DNA of 64,000 bases from Bacteroidia bacterium (GTDB lineage Bacteria; Bacteroidota; Bacteroidia; NS11-12g; UBA9320): the NCBI GenBank assembly GCA_965216465.1, contig CBDCFW010000006.1, positions 1,056,001 to 1,120,000 on the forward strand. The letters are read 5' to 3'. The notes under the pieces were generated by a model that saw nothing but the letters and a program-made list of their open reading frames with translations, ran no database searches and was not told where the DNA came from. Below, piece after piece: positions 1 to 9,971 of this stretch. A program made the position numbers and the translations under genes. Every line of letters begins with the position of its first letter. Position 1 is the stretch's first letter.

Positions 1-24
1 AGCCTAATCTCATGCAAGCTAAAA

Positions 25-1401
25 TTAGAGTTGATCAAGATAGTCATCTAAATCATCCTGATTTGCAATATTTACACCCGTGGTTTTAAGCTTAAATGAG
101 TACTCGTCTGTTGGACGTAAATTCATGCTCGTGATTTCTTCAAATCGTGCATTTGTGAATTCGTAAACATTGCCATCTTCGTCGAATGTGATTAACGTGT
201 TGTTTTCATCCGGTGAATAGATAAAGTTCGATGCTGACAATCCGGATACCGGAACAGCTTCCCTATTGAGACCTTTTTTAATAATAAGAAATGCGTTGTC
301 AATTGTTTTCTTCAATGCAGGCAGAAGAAATACGGCTGAGAATCTAACTTTCTTTTGTTCTTTCATTCGACTAAATCTGTCGCAGTTAAATATACCAAAG
401 TTGCTAATGCTAAGATTCCTTTGAAATTTAGCCATACGCAACATTTCATTTTCTCTTTTCTTTCTTCGTTCAATTTTAGCTTGATACTCACCAAACTTAG
501 CATTGAATTTAGCTTGTGCTTTCCTCCAATTAGAGCCAAACAATACAGGTTGTACACGGGCATTAACATTTTTAGCTTTAGACATACCCGTTAGCAAATA
601 AGTTGATTTTGCTCTATCAACACATTCAAGCTTAGGGTTGCTAATTGTGTTTTTGAAGAGCTCTTTATTCACACTTTTTTCATCTTCAAGCTTCCAAAGC
701 ACATTATCGAAAGTCGAGAACTCTGGGTTTAGCTTTGAGTCAACAGCTAAGTCAAATACAAAGTCCGTGCTATTTGCTTTTTGAATTTGAACCGGTGGGG
801 TTGGTTCTGGCCCCAGTTCTAATTCAACACTACTTCGGGCCTGATTATTAACTGCTTGTGTGTTTTTTGACAATTCTGTCCAAGTACCTTTTTCCTCATC
901 AAGTGCGTAAAAATTGAAATCATTGTCTTCTTTAAACGAAGCGAGTTCTATAGCCAAGGTCTTGTCGGCAGCAACTCTAATCTCATTACCTCCTTCATCT
1001 TGTCCCTTTATTTCGAACATGCCTGCAGTTTCAAAAGCTTCTAACTCTCCATTTTCAGACACAATGTGCATCGGAATTCCGCTAAGAATTACATCTGAAG
1101 CACTGTGGTATTCTTGAAAAGAAATCTTTACCTCACCTTCAACAGGATTACCATCCTCATCAACAAATGCATCTTTTGGGATAGTTATTGTCGAACCAAG
1201 CTCTGTGGTTAAAACATGCTCTTCTTGGACATTTATTGTGAAGGTTGTTGGTCCTGGCTTAATGTCAGGAAGTGGATCTACAAACTCTTGGGTGAAACTC
1301 TCTGTATCGATATGATAGCCAGATGCTGAATCGCTATCGTTTGCAGTCGAACAAGAAAAAATAAGGATGCTAATTAGTAATAAGGAAAGGAAATTTTTCA
1401 T
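25..1401 (-). CDS. Hypothetical lipoprotein
   Basis: 458 aa ORF with lipobox-like N-terminus (LIFSC); no catalytic motif recognised. Confidence 0.6.
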   Translation of the reverse strand: MKNFLSLLLISILIFSCSTANDSDSASGYHIDTESFTQEFVDPLPDIKPGPTTFTINVQEEHVLTTELGSTITIPKDAFVDEDGNPVEGEVKISFQEYHSASDVILSGIPMHIVSENGELEAFETAGMFEIKGQDEGGNEIRVAADKTLAIELASFKEDNDFNFYALDEEKGTWTELSKNTQAVNNQARSSVELELGPEPTPPVQIQKANSTDFVFDLAVDSKLNPEFSTFDNVLWKLEDEKSVNKELFKNTISNPKLECVDRAKSTYLLTGMSKAKNVNARVQPVLFGSNWRKAQAKFNAKFGEYQAKIERRKKRENEMLRMAKFQRNLSISNFGIFNCDRFSRMKEQKKVRFSAVFLLPALKKTIDNAFLIIKKGLNREAVPVSGLSASNFIYSPDENNTLITFDEDGNVYEFTNARFEEITSMNLRPTDEYSFKLKTTGVNIANQDDLDDYLDQL

Positions 1402-1432
1402 AACGTCTCAATAATCAATGTTGAATATTTTG

Positions 1433-1459
1433 AACGCAGAATATCTGCTTTTTATTGCA
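1433..1459 (-). promoter_or_regulatory. Putative ECF-sigma-type promoter
   Basis: Minus strand TGCAAT-N16-GCGTT about 30 nt upstream of the ATG at 1401. Confidence 0.3.
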
Positions 1460-1519
1460 AACTTCCTAAAAGTGTCGACAAGAGATGTGTAATATCAGAG
1501 CATCTATTGAGTTCAATAT

Positions 1520-2104
1520 TTAGGGTTGGAATCCATAGCTCAGCCCAAGGCAGAAAGTATATGGACTTCCAAGATTTAACTCAGAGTAAACGCCAAGTCT
1601 TTCGTTTAGTTTATGTGATGCTCCAATGAGCAGCAATGAAACATTTGGACGAATTAAGAAGTCATTATTCTCCTCGTAACCTTGTGCAGATTTGTTAGGA
1701 ATTCTTCCACGTTTAAAAATATAACTGTAGCCCAATCCTAAACCAGAATATAAGGTGTATTTCTTAGCTTGAATGTATTCATATCTTCCCTTAAACCCCA
1801 AATAGGTTCTATAGTAGTTACCATACTCCACCTGTAAGTCATTATTTAAAATCTCAAATGGAATTTGGTGAATTGATATTTGAGCAGCAAATTCAAAACG
1901 ATCTAATATTTGATGGGCGACTTCCCCACTAAACACTAGTTTGTTGGTTTGCTTTGAAAATACAAAAGCACTATCTACGGTCTCAACAATGTCAGACTCA
2001 GGACTAAGTCCTAAAGCCAAACGGTATTCAAGAGGTTTTGCATTTTGACCATAGCAGAAGCTAATTAGGCATAATACAATTGCACATGCCAATCCACTTC
2101 TCAT
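1520..2104 (-). CDS. Outer-membrane beta-barrel protein
   Basis: Signal peptide, amphipathic strands, C-terminal LGLSYGF motif. Confidence 0.6.
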   Translation of the reverse strand: MRSGLACAIVLCLISFCYGQNAKPLEYRLALGLSPESDIVETVDSAFVFSKQTNKLVFSGEVAHQILDRFEFAAQISIHQIPFEILNNDLQVEYGNYYRTYLGFKGRYEYIQAKKYTLYSGLGLGYSYIFKRGRIPNKSAQGYEENNDFLIRPNVSLLLIGASHKLNERLGVYSELNLGSPYTFCLGLSYGFQP

Positions 2105-3498
2105 TACGAGTGAATTGCTCGATTGTCAGTAGCTGCTAAAGCCGCTTCTTTGGTAACTTCTGAAGTGGTAGGGTGTGCATGACAGGTACGTGCTATATCT
2201 TCTGCACTAGCTCTAAATTCCATGGCAACCGCAATTTCTGCTATCATGTCTGCTGCTCTAGCTCCAATCATATGAGCTCCTAAAACTTCGTCAGTTTCTT
2301 TGTCTGCTAAGATCTTAACAAATCCGTCTAAGTCCATTCCTGCAACAGCTCTTCCATTTGCTCTAAATGGAAATTGTCCGGCTTTATAGGCAATGCCTTC
2401 TTCTTTAAGCTGCTCTTCTGTTTTTCCAACCGAAGCAACTTCTGGCCAAGTGTAAACAACACCTGGAATTAAGTTGTAGTTAATGTGTGGTTTTTGACCA
2501 GCCAAAATTTCAGCAACCATAACACCTTCTTCTTCGGCTTTGTGCGCCAGCATCGCACCTTTTACTACATCACCAATTGCGTAAATATTTGGAACGTTTG
2601 TTTGTAAATGGTCATTCACCTCAACTCGTCCTCTATCGTCTAATTTTACACCTGCTTTATCTGCATTAAGGCCATCAGTATAAGGTCTTCTTCCTACTGA
2701 TACTAAGCAATAGTCTCCTTCAAGAACAACTTCACCTTTCTTCCCTTCAGCTTTAACGGTAACTACTTTTCCTTTGCTCGAAACTGAGGTTACTTTATGA
2801 CCGGTGTAGAATTTCATTTTTTCTTTCTTCATCACGCGAGTAAGTTCTTTACCTAGTGATGCATCCATGGTAGGGATAATACTTGGAGCATATTCTACTA
2901 CAGATACCTCAGCACCTAGTCGTTTGTAAACTGAACCTAGTTCAAGTCCGATTACACCACCTCCAATTACAATAAGATGCTTTGGAATTTCTTTAAGACT
3001 TAGTGCTTCAGTTGATGAAATAACACGTTTCTTGTCTATTTCCATTCCAGGAAGAGATGCTGGCTTACTTCCTGTTGCAATTACTGTATGCTTCGCTGAA
3101 ATAGTTTCTTTTTTCTCTCCATCGATTTGAATAGTATTCGCATCTACAAAAGAACCCATGCCGGTATAAACATCAATTTTGTTCTTTTTCATTAAGAAAT
3201 CGATGCCTTTGGTCATCTGGTCAACCACTCCTTGCTTTCTCGAAATCATTTGCTTGAAATCTACAGATGGAGTGCCAATTTTGATACCGTGGGCTTCAAA
3301 CTTATGAAGTGCGTCGTGATATTGATGAGAGCTGTCGAGGAGTGCCTTACTTGGAATACAACCAACATTTAAGCAGGTACCACCCAAAGTATAATACTTT
3401 TCAATAATAGCCGTTTTCATTCCTAATTGTGCACATCGAATGGCACATACATAGCCACCAGGTCCAGAGCCGATAACGGCAACATCGTAATTATTCAT
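2104..3498 (-). CDS. lpdA: Dihydrolipoyl dehydrogenase
   Basis: GSGPGG FAD motif, GGTCLNVGCIPSK redox disulfide, HAHPTTSE C-terminal motif. Confidence 0.97.
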   Translation of the reverse strand: MNNYDVAVIGSGPGGYVCAIRCAQLGMKTAIIEKYYTLGGTCLNVGCIPSKALLDSSHQYHDALHKFEAHGIKIGTPSVDFKQMISRKQGVVDQMTKGIDFLMKKNKIDVYTGMGSFVDANTIQIDGEKKETISAKHTVIATGSKPASLPGMEIDKKRVISSTEALSLKEIPKHLIVIGGGVIGLELGSVYKRLGAEVSVVEYAPSIIPTMDASLGKELTRVMKKEKMKFYTGHKVTSVSSKGKVVTVKAEGKKGEVVLEGDYCLVSVGRRPYTDGLNADKAGVKLDDRGRVEVNDHLQTNVPNIYAIGDVVKGAMLAHKAEEEGVMVAEILAGQKPHINYNLIPGVVYTWPEVASVGKTEEQLKEEGIAYKAGQFPFRANGRAVAGMDLDGFVKILADKETDEVLGAHMIGARAADMIAEIAVAMEFRASAEDIARTCHAHPTTSEVTKEAALAATDNRAIHS

Positions 3499-3501
3499 GG
3501 A

Positions 3502-3975
3502 TTAAAATATTTCTTCTTGTTGTTCAACTTTAATTCCTGCAGAAACAATGAACGGCAGGTTTTCAAGGCGCATATACTGTTCAAGTTCAACGGTATACTT
3601 TCCTTTTTGTTTGAGTTCTTGTCGTTTTAATATTGGAACCTGAAATGTGATAACATCTCCAATTCCTGATCCTAACCACTTCCCAGATTTTTCTGCCAAT
3701 TTCACCGACACAACTTCTTCAGAAACAGTGCTGTCTGGAGCGGTAATCTTTAGCTTAACGTGCAGGTTCGCATACGGGTAATCACCATCAATTCGTGCGT
3801 TTAAATAATACTGGTGATAGTGGTCTGGTTGTTTAACCGAAAAAGAATCTACAATCACATTCTCGTATTGCCATCCATTTTCAGGAATATCATGAAAAGT
3901 GTCGACCAAAACATTTTCATTGCAAGAGGTAAGCAAAAGCAAGCTGAGTGCAGCTATGAAAAGATTCTTCTTCAA
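3502..3975 (-). CDS. gldH: Gliding motility lipoprotein GldH
   Basis: Lipobox LLTSC, YPYANL, GKWLGSGIGD, LEQYMR motifs; start moved to TTG at 3975. Confidence 0.88.
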   Translation of the reverse strand: MKKNLFIAALSLLLLTSCNENVLVDTFHDIPENGWQYENVIVDSFSVKQPDHYHQYYLNARIDGDYPYANLHVKLKITAPDSTVSEEVVSVKLAEKSGKWLGSGIGDVITFQVPILKRQELKQKGKYTVELEQYMRLENLPFIVSAGIKVEQQEEIF

Positions 3976-4114
3976 AATAAAGAGGCAAAGGTAAAAAAAT
4001 ATACAGCCCCGAAAACAACAAAATAACAATCATTTAAAAATTGATTATGACCGTTCTTTAAAACAATTCACAATTTCGCATTTACCTTTTTAACTTAAAC
4101 GGAATTAACAGATT

Positions 4115-6109
4115 ATGACACACAAATTTTTGACCACCTTACTGGCTTTGAGCTTAATTCTATCTGCTCAAGCTAAAGAAAAACCAATTTCTTCAGATGT
4201 AGACCGGGTTACCGTATTTTTAAACGGTGCTCAAGTAACACGACAGTTTAATACGTCTCTTAAAAAAGGAACGCAAATACTGAAAATTACAGATTTGTCA
4301 CCTTTCTTAGATGTTAAAACCATCCAAATTAAAGGAGATGGAGAGTTTACTATCGTTTCACTCCGACACCAAATGAACTATGTTGACGAGAAAGGCTTAG
4401 AAGGAGATTTAAAGATTATCGAAGACAGCGTGAATTTCTATCAACGCCAATTTAATGAGGTTAACATTGAACTTACCGCTCTCAGCCATAGCGAACAATT
4501 TTTAAATATGAACAGAGGCATTAAAGGAACGGCCAGTTTAGATCGTGAAACCTTGCAAGGTGTTCATGAGTATTATTACTCGGAGATATTAAAAATCAAC
4601 AAAAAACGAAACAAGCTGAACTATCTAAGGGCAGACATCAGTTCAGCGATATCTAGGTTTACAAGGCAGCTTACCGAGATCAATGGCAAGCTAACCAAAT
4701 ACAATAGCGAGGTATTGCTAGAAATTCAATCGAACAAAACGGTTTCGGGTGATTTTGAATTGAGTTACCTGGTTAATCATGCGTCTTGGTACCCAAGCTA
4801 CGACATTCGTGTTGCAGATATTAACAGCCCATTAAAATTAGTTTACAAAGCCAATGTGCAACAAAATACAGGAGAAGATTGGGAGAACGTTCAGCTCACT
4901 TTTAGCAACGCAAATCCATATAAGAGTGGTGATTTGCCAATTTTAAGACCATATTACCTGAACTATGTCAGTGCGGGTTATAATCCTAATCCTTACAAGG
5001 CATCCGTGTCGCAAAACTCGTACAACTTAAATAACTATCTAAGTACCAACGGGTCGCAAGCTAGTGGCAGAGTAATTGACCAGAATGGACAACCGGTCGC
5101 ATATGCTCAGGTTAGAGTAAGTGGAACAGCGGTTGGAACATTTACTGACGAGAATGGTAATTTTTCAATCACGCTTCCGCAAGGTAAAAACCAACTCTAC
5201 TTTACAAGTGTGGGTTATACCGATCGCTATCAAAATGTAAGTGCAAGCTCAGGCAATACCATCTCTATGGTGAATACCAATACTCGCCTAGATAAGGTTG
5301 TGGTTGAACAAGATTCAAACGCAGATGGTGTTTATGAAACGTACGACGTTGAGAATCTTGAAGTCAATACCGTAGGTTCAGTAGCAATGAGAAGAAGTAA
5401 CCTTATTGCAGCTACAACATATAGCAAGGTTCGGTTTAAAAAAGGAGAACGTCGTAAATATGAATCAAAGCCTATCACCGTTCAGCCGTTAGAGAATCAA
5501 ACTACTATTGAGATAACTTTAGATATTCCGTTCAGTATAAAAAGCTCAGGCAAGCAAAAAATTGTGACCATGAACTCTGTGGAGATTCCTGCATATTATG
5601 AATACCGAAGTGTTCCTAAACTAGAGAAAGCAGCATTCCTTATTGCAAGAATTGCTGACTGGGGAGAGTACAATTTATTAGAAGGTGAAGCCAATTTGTA
5701 TTTTGAAGATACCTACATTGGGAAATCAATTTTAGATGTGCGTCATCTTACTGATACTTTAAATATTTCACTTGGTAGAGATAAAAGCATAATTGTGGGT
5801 CGTCAGAAAGTGAAAGCTCAAAGTACACGTGAGTTTATAGGCAAAGAGAAAATTGAGAAACGCCAATTTGAAATTAAGATTAGAAACAACAAAAAACAAG
5901 ACATCAATATTATTGTGTACGATCAAGTACCATTATCAAGTCGTCCGAAAGACATCGAAGTCTTGCTTAAAGATAAGAGTGGAGCAATTCATAGCGAGAA
6001 AACAGGTGAATTGAAATGGGAGATGAAAATAAAACCTTCGGAGACCAAGCAAGTAAGCTTAAAGTACCAGGTCAAGTTTCCTAAAAATCAGATGGTCAAC
6101 ATCGAATAA
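4115..6109 (+). CDS. DUF4139/DUF4140 family exported protein with an inserted carboxypeptidase-regulatory-like domain
   Basis: VTVFLNGAQVTR, ASWYPSYDIRV, QNTGEDW, VPKL motifs; internal GRVID...GTFTDENGNF segment. Confidence 0.85.
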   Translation: MTHKFLTTLLALSLILSAQAKEKPISSDVDRVTVFLNGAQVTRQFNTSLKKGTQILKITDLSPFLDVKTIQIKGDGEFTIVSLRHQMNYVDEKGLEGDLKIIEDSVNFYQRQFNEVNIELTALSHSEQFLNMNRGIKGTASLDRETLQGVHEYYYSEILKINKKRNKLNYLRADISSAISRFTRQLTEINGKLTKYNSEVLLEIQSNKTVSGDFELSYLVNHASWYPSYDIRVADINSPLKLVYKANVQQNTGEDWENVQLTFSNANPYKSGDLPILRPYYLNYVSAGYNPNPYKASVSQNSYNLNNYLSTNGSQASGRVIDQNGQPVAYAQVRVSGTAVGTFTDENGNFSITLPQGKNQLYFTSVGYTDRYQNVSASSGNTISMVNTNTRLDKVVVEQDSNADGVYETYDVENLEVNTVGSVAMRRSNLIAATTYSKVRFKKGERRKYESKPITVQPLENQTTIEITLDIPFSIKSSGKQKIVTMNSVEIPAYYEYRSVPKLEKAAFLIARIADWGEYNLLEGEANLYFEDTYIGKSILDVRHLTDTLNISLGRDKSIIVGRQKVKAQSTREFIGKEKIEKRQFEIKIRNNKKQDINIIVYDQVPLSSRPKDIEVLLKDKSGAIHSEKTGELKWEMKIKPSETKQVSLKYQVKFPKNQMVNIE

Positions 6110-6112
6110 AAC

Positions 6113-6145
6113 AAAAAAGGGATGAGTTCAACTCATCCCTTTTTT
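6113..6145. terminator. Bidirectional intrinsic terminator
   Basis: AAAAAAGGGATGAGTT-C-AACTCATCCCTTTTTT inverted repeat between convergent genes. Confidence 0.9.
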
Positions 6146-6165
6146 ACTTATAGATTTTTTAAAAT

Positions 6166-7374
6166 TTAGTCTTGAACTTTTTTCTTCAAGCCTTTTGGTA
6201 ATCCATCTACATGAACCATAAAGTTAATGGTCTTGTAAGCTACATATGGCATTGAAGCATAAAAGTATCCATCGCAATCGTTGTAAGCTGTTCCCCAACT
6301 GTTTTTAACGATGAAGTACTCATTTCCGTTCTGGTCTTTAACAATACCTGTTAAATGCATACCGTGATCGTCGGTGGTTTTATAGTTGTCGAAGGCTTCT
6401 TGACGCATTTCTTGCGTAATGATTTTTTCAGGACCAGGAGTATCGAACTGACTTCCTTCTTTCTTAGCTCCTGCATCGTTGAAATGTTTGTTGTCTTTAC
6501 CTTTAGACTTCAGTGCTGATTCATCTTCTGGAACAATTGCAAGTCCATCTCTAAAGCTAAATCCTTTTTCGCTAACATCTGCAGCCCATCCTACAGAGTA
6601 ACCATTGGTAACTGCATATTTCATGGCATTGAGCATTTCATTCATCGGTACGTTGTATACTTCTTCCCAGATCCAGTTGTCTGGAACTTCCAAAACAAAC
6701 TCATCATTGAAATCGTGGTGAGTAAAAGAGCTGATAATTACATAATCATCCATGTTTAATCCCAATTCATCAGCGAAGCTTCGAGGAGTATAAGTTTTAC
6801 CATTGTAATCAAATTGTGCTGGTACAGGTCCTAGATATGCATCAAGAACAGCATTGTAAGCTTTCTTCCAGCTGGTAGTAAGTTTACCTTGTTTGTTAGC
6901 GATAACGGCGTCAAGAATACCTTTAAGTATTGCTTCCATTTCACTGTGGTTGTGATTCTCTAAACCGTATTCTAAACCTTTGTACGCTTCTTGCGGCATA
7001 AGGCCATACTTTTCAATTACGTAAGGAATATCATGAAAGGCACCACCTTGACCAAAGTTTGCAGTACCGTGCATTCGAACGTAGTTCTCAGCTTTGTCTT
7101 CATAGGCTTTACGAACAATATACATTTCACTTAGTTTGTGTTCTCCCTTACCCATGCGCATAAGTTCAGACTCCATAAAACTTAACGCTGAAAAACTCCA
7201 GCAGGTTCCGGTTCTACTTTGATTTTGAACTTCGTTGGCTTCAATATCCGATTGAACAGTGAAAATGTAGTTGCCATCTTTCTTATTTCTAAGTGTATCT
7301 TGAGCCTTTAAGCTATACTGAAATACAAATAAACTTAACACCAAAAGTGTTGCGACGAATGAATATTTTCTCAT
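6166..7374 (-). CDS. C1 family cysteine aminopeptidase (PepC/bleomycin hydrolase-like), exported
   Basis: QSRTGTCWSF catalytic Cys, DDHGMH His, KNSWG Asn; signal peptide; ATG at 7374 preferred. Confidence 0.92.
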   Translation of the reverse strand: MRKYSFVATLLVLSLFVFQYSLKAQDTLRNKKDGNYIFTVQSDIEANEVQNQSRTGTCWSFSALSFMESELMRMGKGEHKLSEMYIVRKAYEDKAENYVRMHGTANFGQGGAFHDIPYVIEKYGLMPQEAYKGLEYGLENHNHSEMEAILKGILDAVIANKQGKLTTSWKKAYNAVLDAYLGPVPAQFDYNGKTYTPRSFADELGLNMDDYVIISSFTHHDFNDEFVLEVPDNWIWEEVYNVPMNEMLNAMKYAVTNGYSVGWAADVSEKGFSFRDGLAIVPEDESALKSKGKDNKHFNDAGAKKEGSQFDTPGPEKIITQEMRQEAFDNYKTTDDHGMHLTGIVKDQNGNEYFIVKNSWGTAYNDCDGYFYASMPYVAYKTINFMVHVDGLPKGLKKKVQD

Positions 7375-7454
7375 ATTGGCGGCCAAATTATAAAAAGCTA
7401 CATAAAAATGAATCGTAAATCGATTAAAAACTTAATATCTAGTATAAGTTTGCT

Positions 7455-9374
7455 TTGTTGATGAGGTTTTTGGTAATCTTTTTATGTGTTTTAGTGGCTT
7501 TTGTTAGCAGCGCTCAAGATTATGAGGCACTAATTAAAGGCGAACGAGAAGCTTTTCAAGCTAAACAAAGCACAAAGCAAAAAAGGAGTGGAGGCAAGTA
7601 CGATATTACTTATCATAAGATTAAGCTAAGTATAGATCCAGCTGTTAGAGATATACAAGGAAGTGTATATTCTGAACTCACAGCATTGGAATCTAACTTT
7701 TCATCTTTTGCTTTTGATTTAGACGTACGTATGAAGGTCGACAGTGTAATTTACAACGGCTCACATGCAAACTTCGGGCACCAAAATGATGAGGTGTTTA
7801 TCACAATACCCAGTGTAAATTTTGGTGAACAACTCGCGGTTGAAGTGTTTTATCATGGCGACCCAAGTGTAAATGAACAAAAAGGTTTTAGTTACGATTC
7901 GCAAAAAGATGGTCCGATTGCCTGGACCTTGTCTGAGCCTTATGGAGCTTACGGATGGTGGCCATGCAAGCAACAGTTAGAAGACAAAATAGATTCAATT
8001 GATTTTGAGATTACTATTCCGAATGGGAATAAAGCAGCTTGTCTTGGGTTGCTTGAAAAAGTTGATACACTGCCAAGCAATCAACTTACTTATTATTGGA
8101 AACACCGCTATCCGGTTGTTACTTATTTAGTGGCTGTAGCAGTGACTAACTATTATGAAGAGAGCCGTTATATTCACTTTAGCAATGGAGATTCATTGTA
8201 TCACTTAGATTATTTGTACCCTGCATACAAGTCTGCAGCAGATACTCTAATTCCAAATATTGATGGAATGATGGTGCTTTTTGATAGTCTTTTTGGGCCT
8301 TACCCTTTTATGAATGAGAAGTACGGCCACGCACAATTTGGTAGAGGTGGAGGAATGGAACATCAAACCATGAGTTTTATGAGTGATCTTGACTTTGATC
8401 TAATGGCTCATGAGTTGGCTCATCAATGGTATGGAAATAAAATTACATGTGGCTCCTGGCAAGACCTTTGGTTAAATGAAGGATTTGCAACCTATTCAAA
8501 CGCAATTGCTCGCGAATATTTGCTATCAAAAGAAGAGCATTTAGAATTCTTACGGGTAAGTCGAGATAAAACCATAAGCCAGGTTGATGGTGCTGTATAT
8601 ACCTTAGATACGGTGGATGTTCGCAATCTGTTCAGTGGAAATATTCGCTATCGTAAAGGAGCAATGGTACTCCATATGTTGCGCTGGGAGTTAGGAGATG
8701 AGGCCTTTTTTAATGGACTGAGAGCATATACTGCAGGTACAGATGTGTGCTATGACTTTGCAACTACTGAAGTGTTCAAAGGATATATGGAAGATGAAAG
8801 TGGAACAGATTTAACCGACTTTTTTGATCGCTGGGTCTATAATCAAGGATTTCCAGAGTTGATTACACGTTGGAATAGGGTAGGAGATGGTAAAATTTAT
8901 CTAGACCTAACACAGACCACATCCCATGAGTCAGTTGATTTCTTTCCATTGAGAATTCAATATTTAGCACGTGGAGAAAACCAAGACTCTTTATTTATAA
9001 TTGACCATACAGAGGCTCGACAGGGCATTGTTGTAGACCTCGGTTTTGACGTACAGGACTTAGTTTTTGATCCCAATATTTGGCTAATTGCACAAAGTGT
9101 TGTGGTTGAAGGAAGCCACATTGATGTAGAAGACGTAAGCTTGTTTCCAAATCCCGCAAGTGAGTCAATCTCATTCTTTATTAAAGACCGTAAAGTTGAT
9201 CAAATAAGTGTGACAGATGTTTTAGGAAGGTTGGTTTTTGAGCAAGAAGTTCTAAGTCTTAAAAATGCAGCAGTGCCGATTGACTTAAAAGGGCTGGAAG
9301 ACGGAACTTACTTTTTAAAGGCGAAAATTGATGACCAAGTGGTGATCATCAAGTTTGTAAAAACAGCAAACTAA
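7455..9374 (+). CDS. M1 family aminopeptidase with T9SS C-terminal domain
   Basis: GGMEH, HELAH, NEGFA, YRKG motifs; C-terminal FPNP...GTYFLK...KFVK. Confidence 0.92.
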   Translation: MLMRFLVIFLCVLVAFVSSAQDYEALIKGEREAFQAKQSTKQKRSGGKYDITYHKIKLSIDPAVRDIQGSVYSELTALESNFSSFAFDLDVRMKVDSVIYNGSHANFGHQNDEVFITIPSVNFGEQLAVEVFYHGDPSVNEQKGFSYDSQKDGPIAWTLSEPYGAYGWWPCKQQLEDKIDSIDFEITIPNGNKAACLGLLEKVDTLPSNQLTYYWKHRYPVVTYLVAVAVTNYYEESRYIHFSNGDSLYHLDYLYPAYKSAADTLIPNIDGMMVLFDSLFGPYPFMNEKYGHAQFGRGGGMEHQTMSFMSDLDFDLMAHELAHQWYGNKITCGSWQDLWLNEGFATYSNAIAREYLLSKEEHLEFLRVSRDKTISQVDGAVYTLDTVDVRNLFSGNIRYRKGAMVLHMLRWELGDEAFFNGLRAYTAGTDVCYDFATTEVFKGYMEDESGTDLTDFFDRWVYNQGFPELITRWNRVGDGKIYLDLTQTTSHESVDFFPLRIQYLARGENQDSLFIIDHTEARQGIVVDLGFDVQDLVFDPNIWLIAQSVVVEGSHIDVEDVSLFPNPASESISFFIKDRKVDQISVTDVLGRLVFEQEVLSLKNAAVPIDLKGLEDGTYFLKAKIDDQVVIIKFVKTAN

Positions 9375-9377
9375 AAA

Positions 9378-9941
9378 CTAGCTTTCAATTGCATTGATTA
9401 GCTTCGAGTCGAACGGCTTTACTTTTGAAGGAAAGTAGCTAATCAATTGGCCATCTTCATCGATTAAAAACTTATTGAAATTCCAAGCTACCTCGTAATC
9501 ACCCAGTCCATTCTGAGTTTTTGATGTTAGCCAGGAGTAGATAGCATGTTGGTTTTCTCCTTTAACATCTATTTTTTGAGAAATTGGAAAGGTAACTCCA
9601 TAGTTCTTTTGGCAGAATGTTGCGATTTCTTCTTTGCTTCCTGGCTCTTGTCCTCCAAACTGGTTGCAAGGAAACCCGATGATGACTAGGCTTTCTTTGT
9701 ACTGCTCATAAAGCTTTTGTAGGTCTCCATACTGCACAGTGAATCCGCATTCTGAGGCAACATTAACCACGAGTATTTTTTTACCTTGGAAATCGGCCAT
9801 ATTTATGGTTGCTTCTTCATCGAGTTGAAGAATATTAAATTTATGAAATGAATTTTGGTCCATATTTTTCTCTTCAGTTGTGCCGCAAGCAATTATACTT
9901 GCTGTAGCGAGTAGCGTGATTGCTGCAATAATTGTTCGCAT
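9378..9941 (-). CDS. Glutathione peroxidase family lipoprotein (Cys type)
   Basis: NVASECG, FPCNQFGGQEPG, WNFNKFL motifs; lipobox IIAC. Confidence 0.93.
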   Translation of the reverse strand: MRTIIAAITLLATASIIACGTTEEKNMDQNSFHKFNILQLDEEATINMADFQGKKILVVNVASECGFTVQYGDLQKLYEQYKESLVIIGFPCNQFGGQEPGSKEEIATFCQKNYGVTFPISQKIDVKGENQHAIYSWLTSKTQNGLGDYEVAWNFNKFLIDEDGQLISYFPSKVKPFDSKLINAIES

Positions 9942-9971
9942 ACGATTTTAACAAACTTGGAGAAGAATGGT

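Noticed and set aside
9378-9941. Possible selenocysteine glutathione peroxidase
   Set aside because: The active-site codon is TGC (Cys) and the ORF has no in-frame TGA
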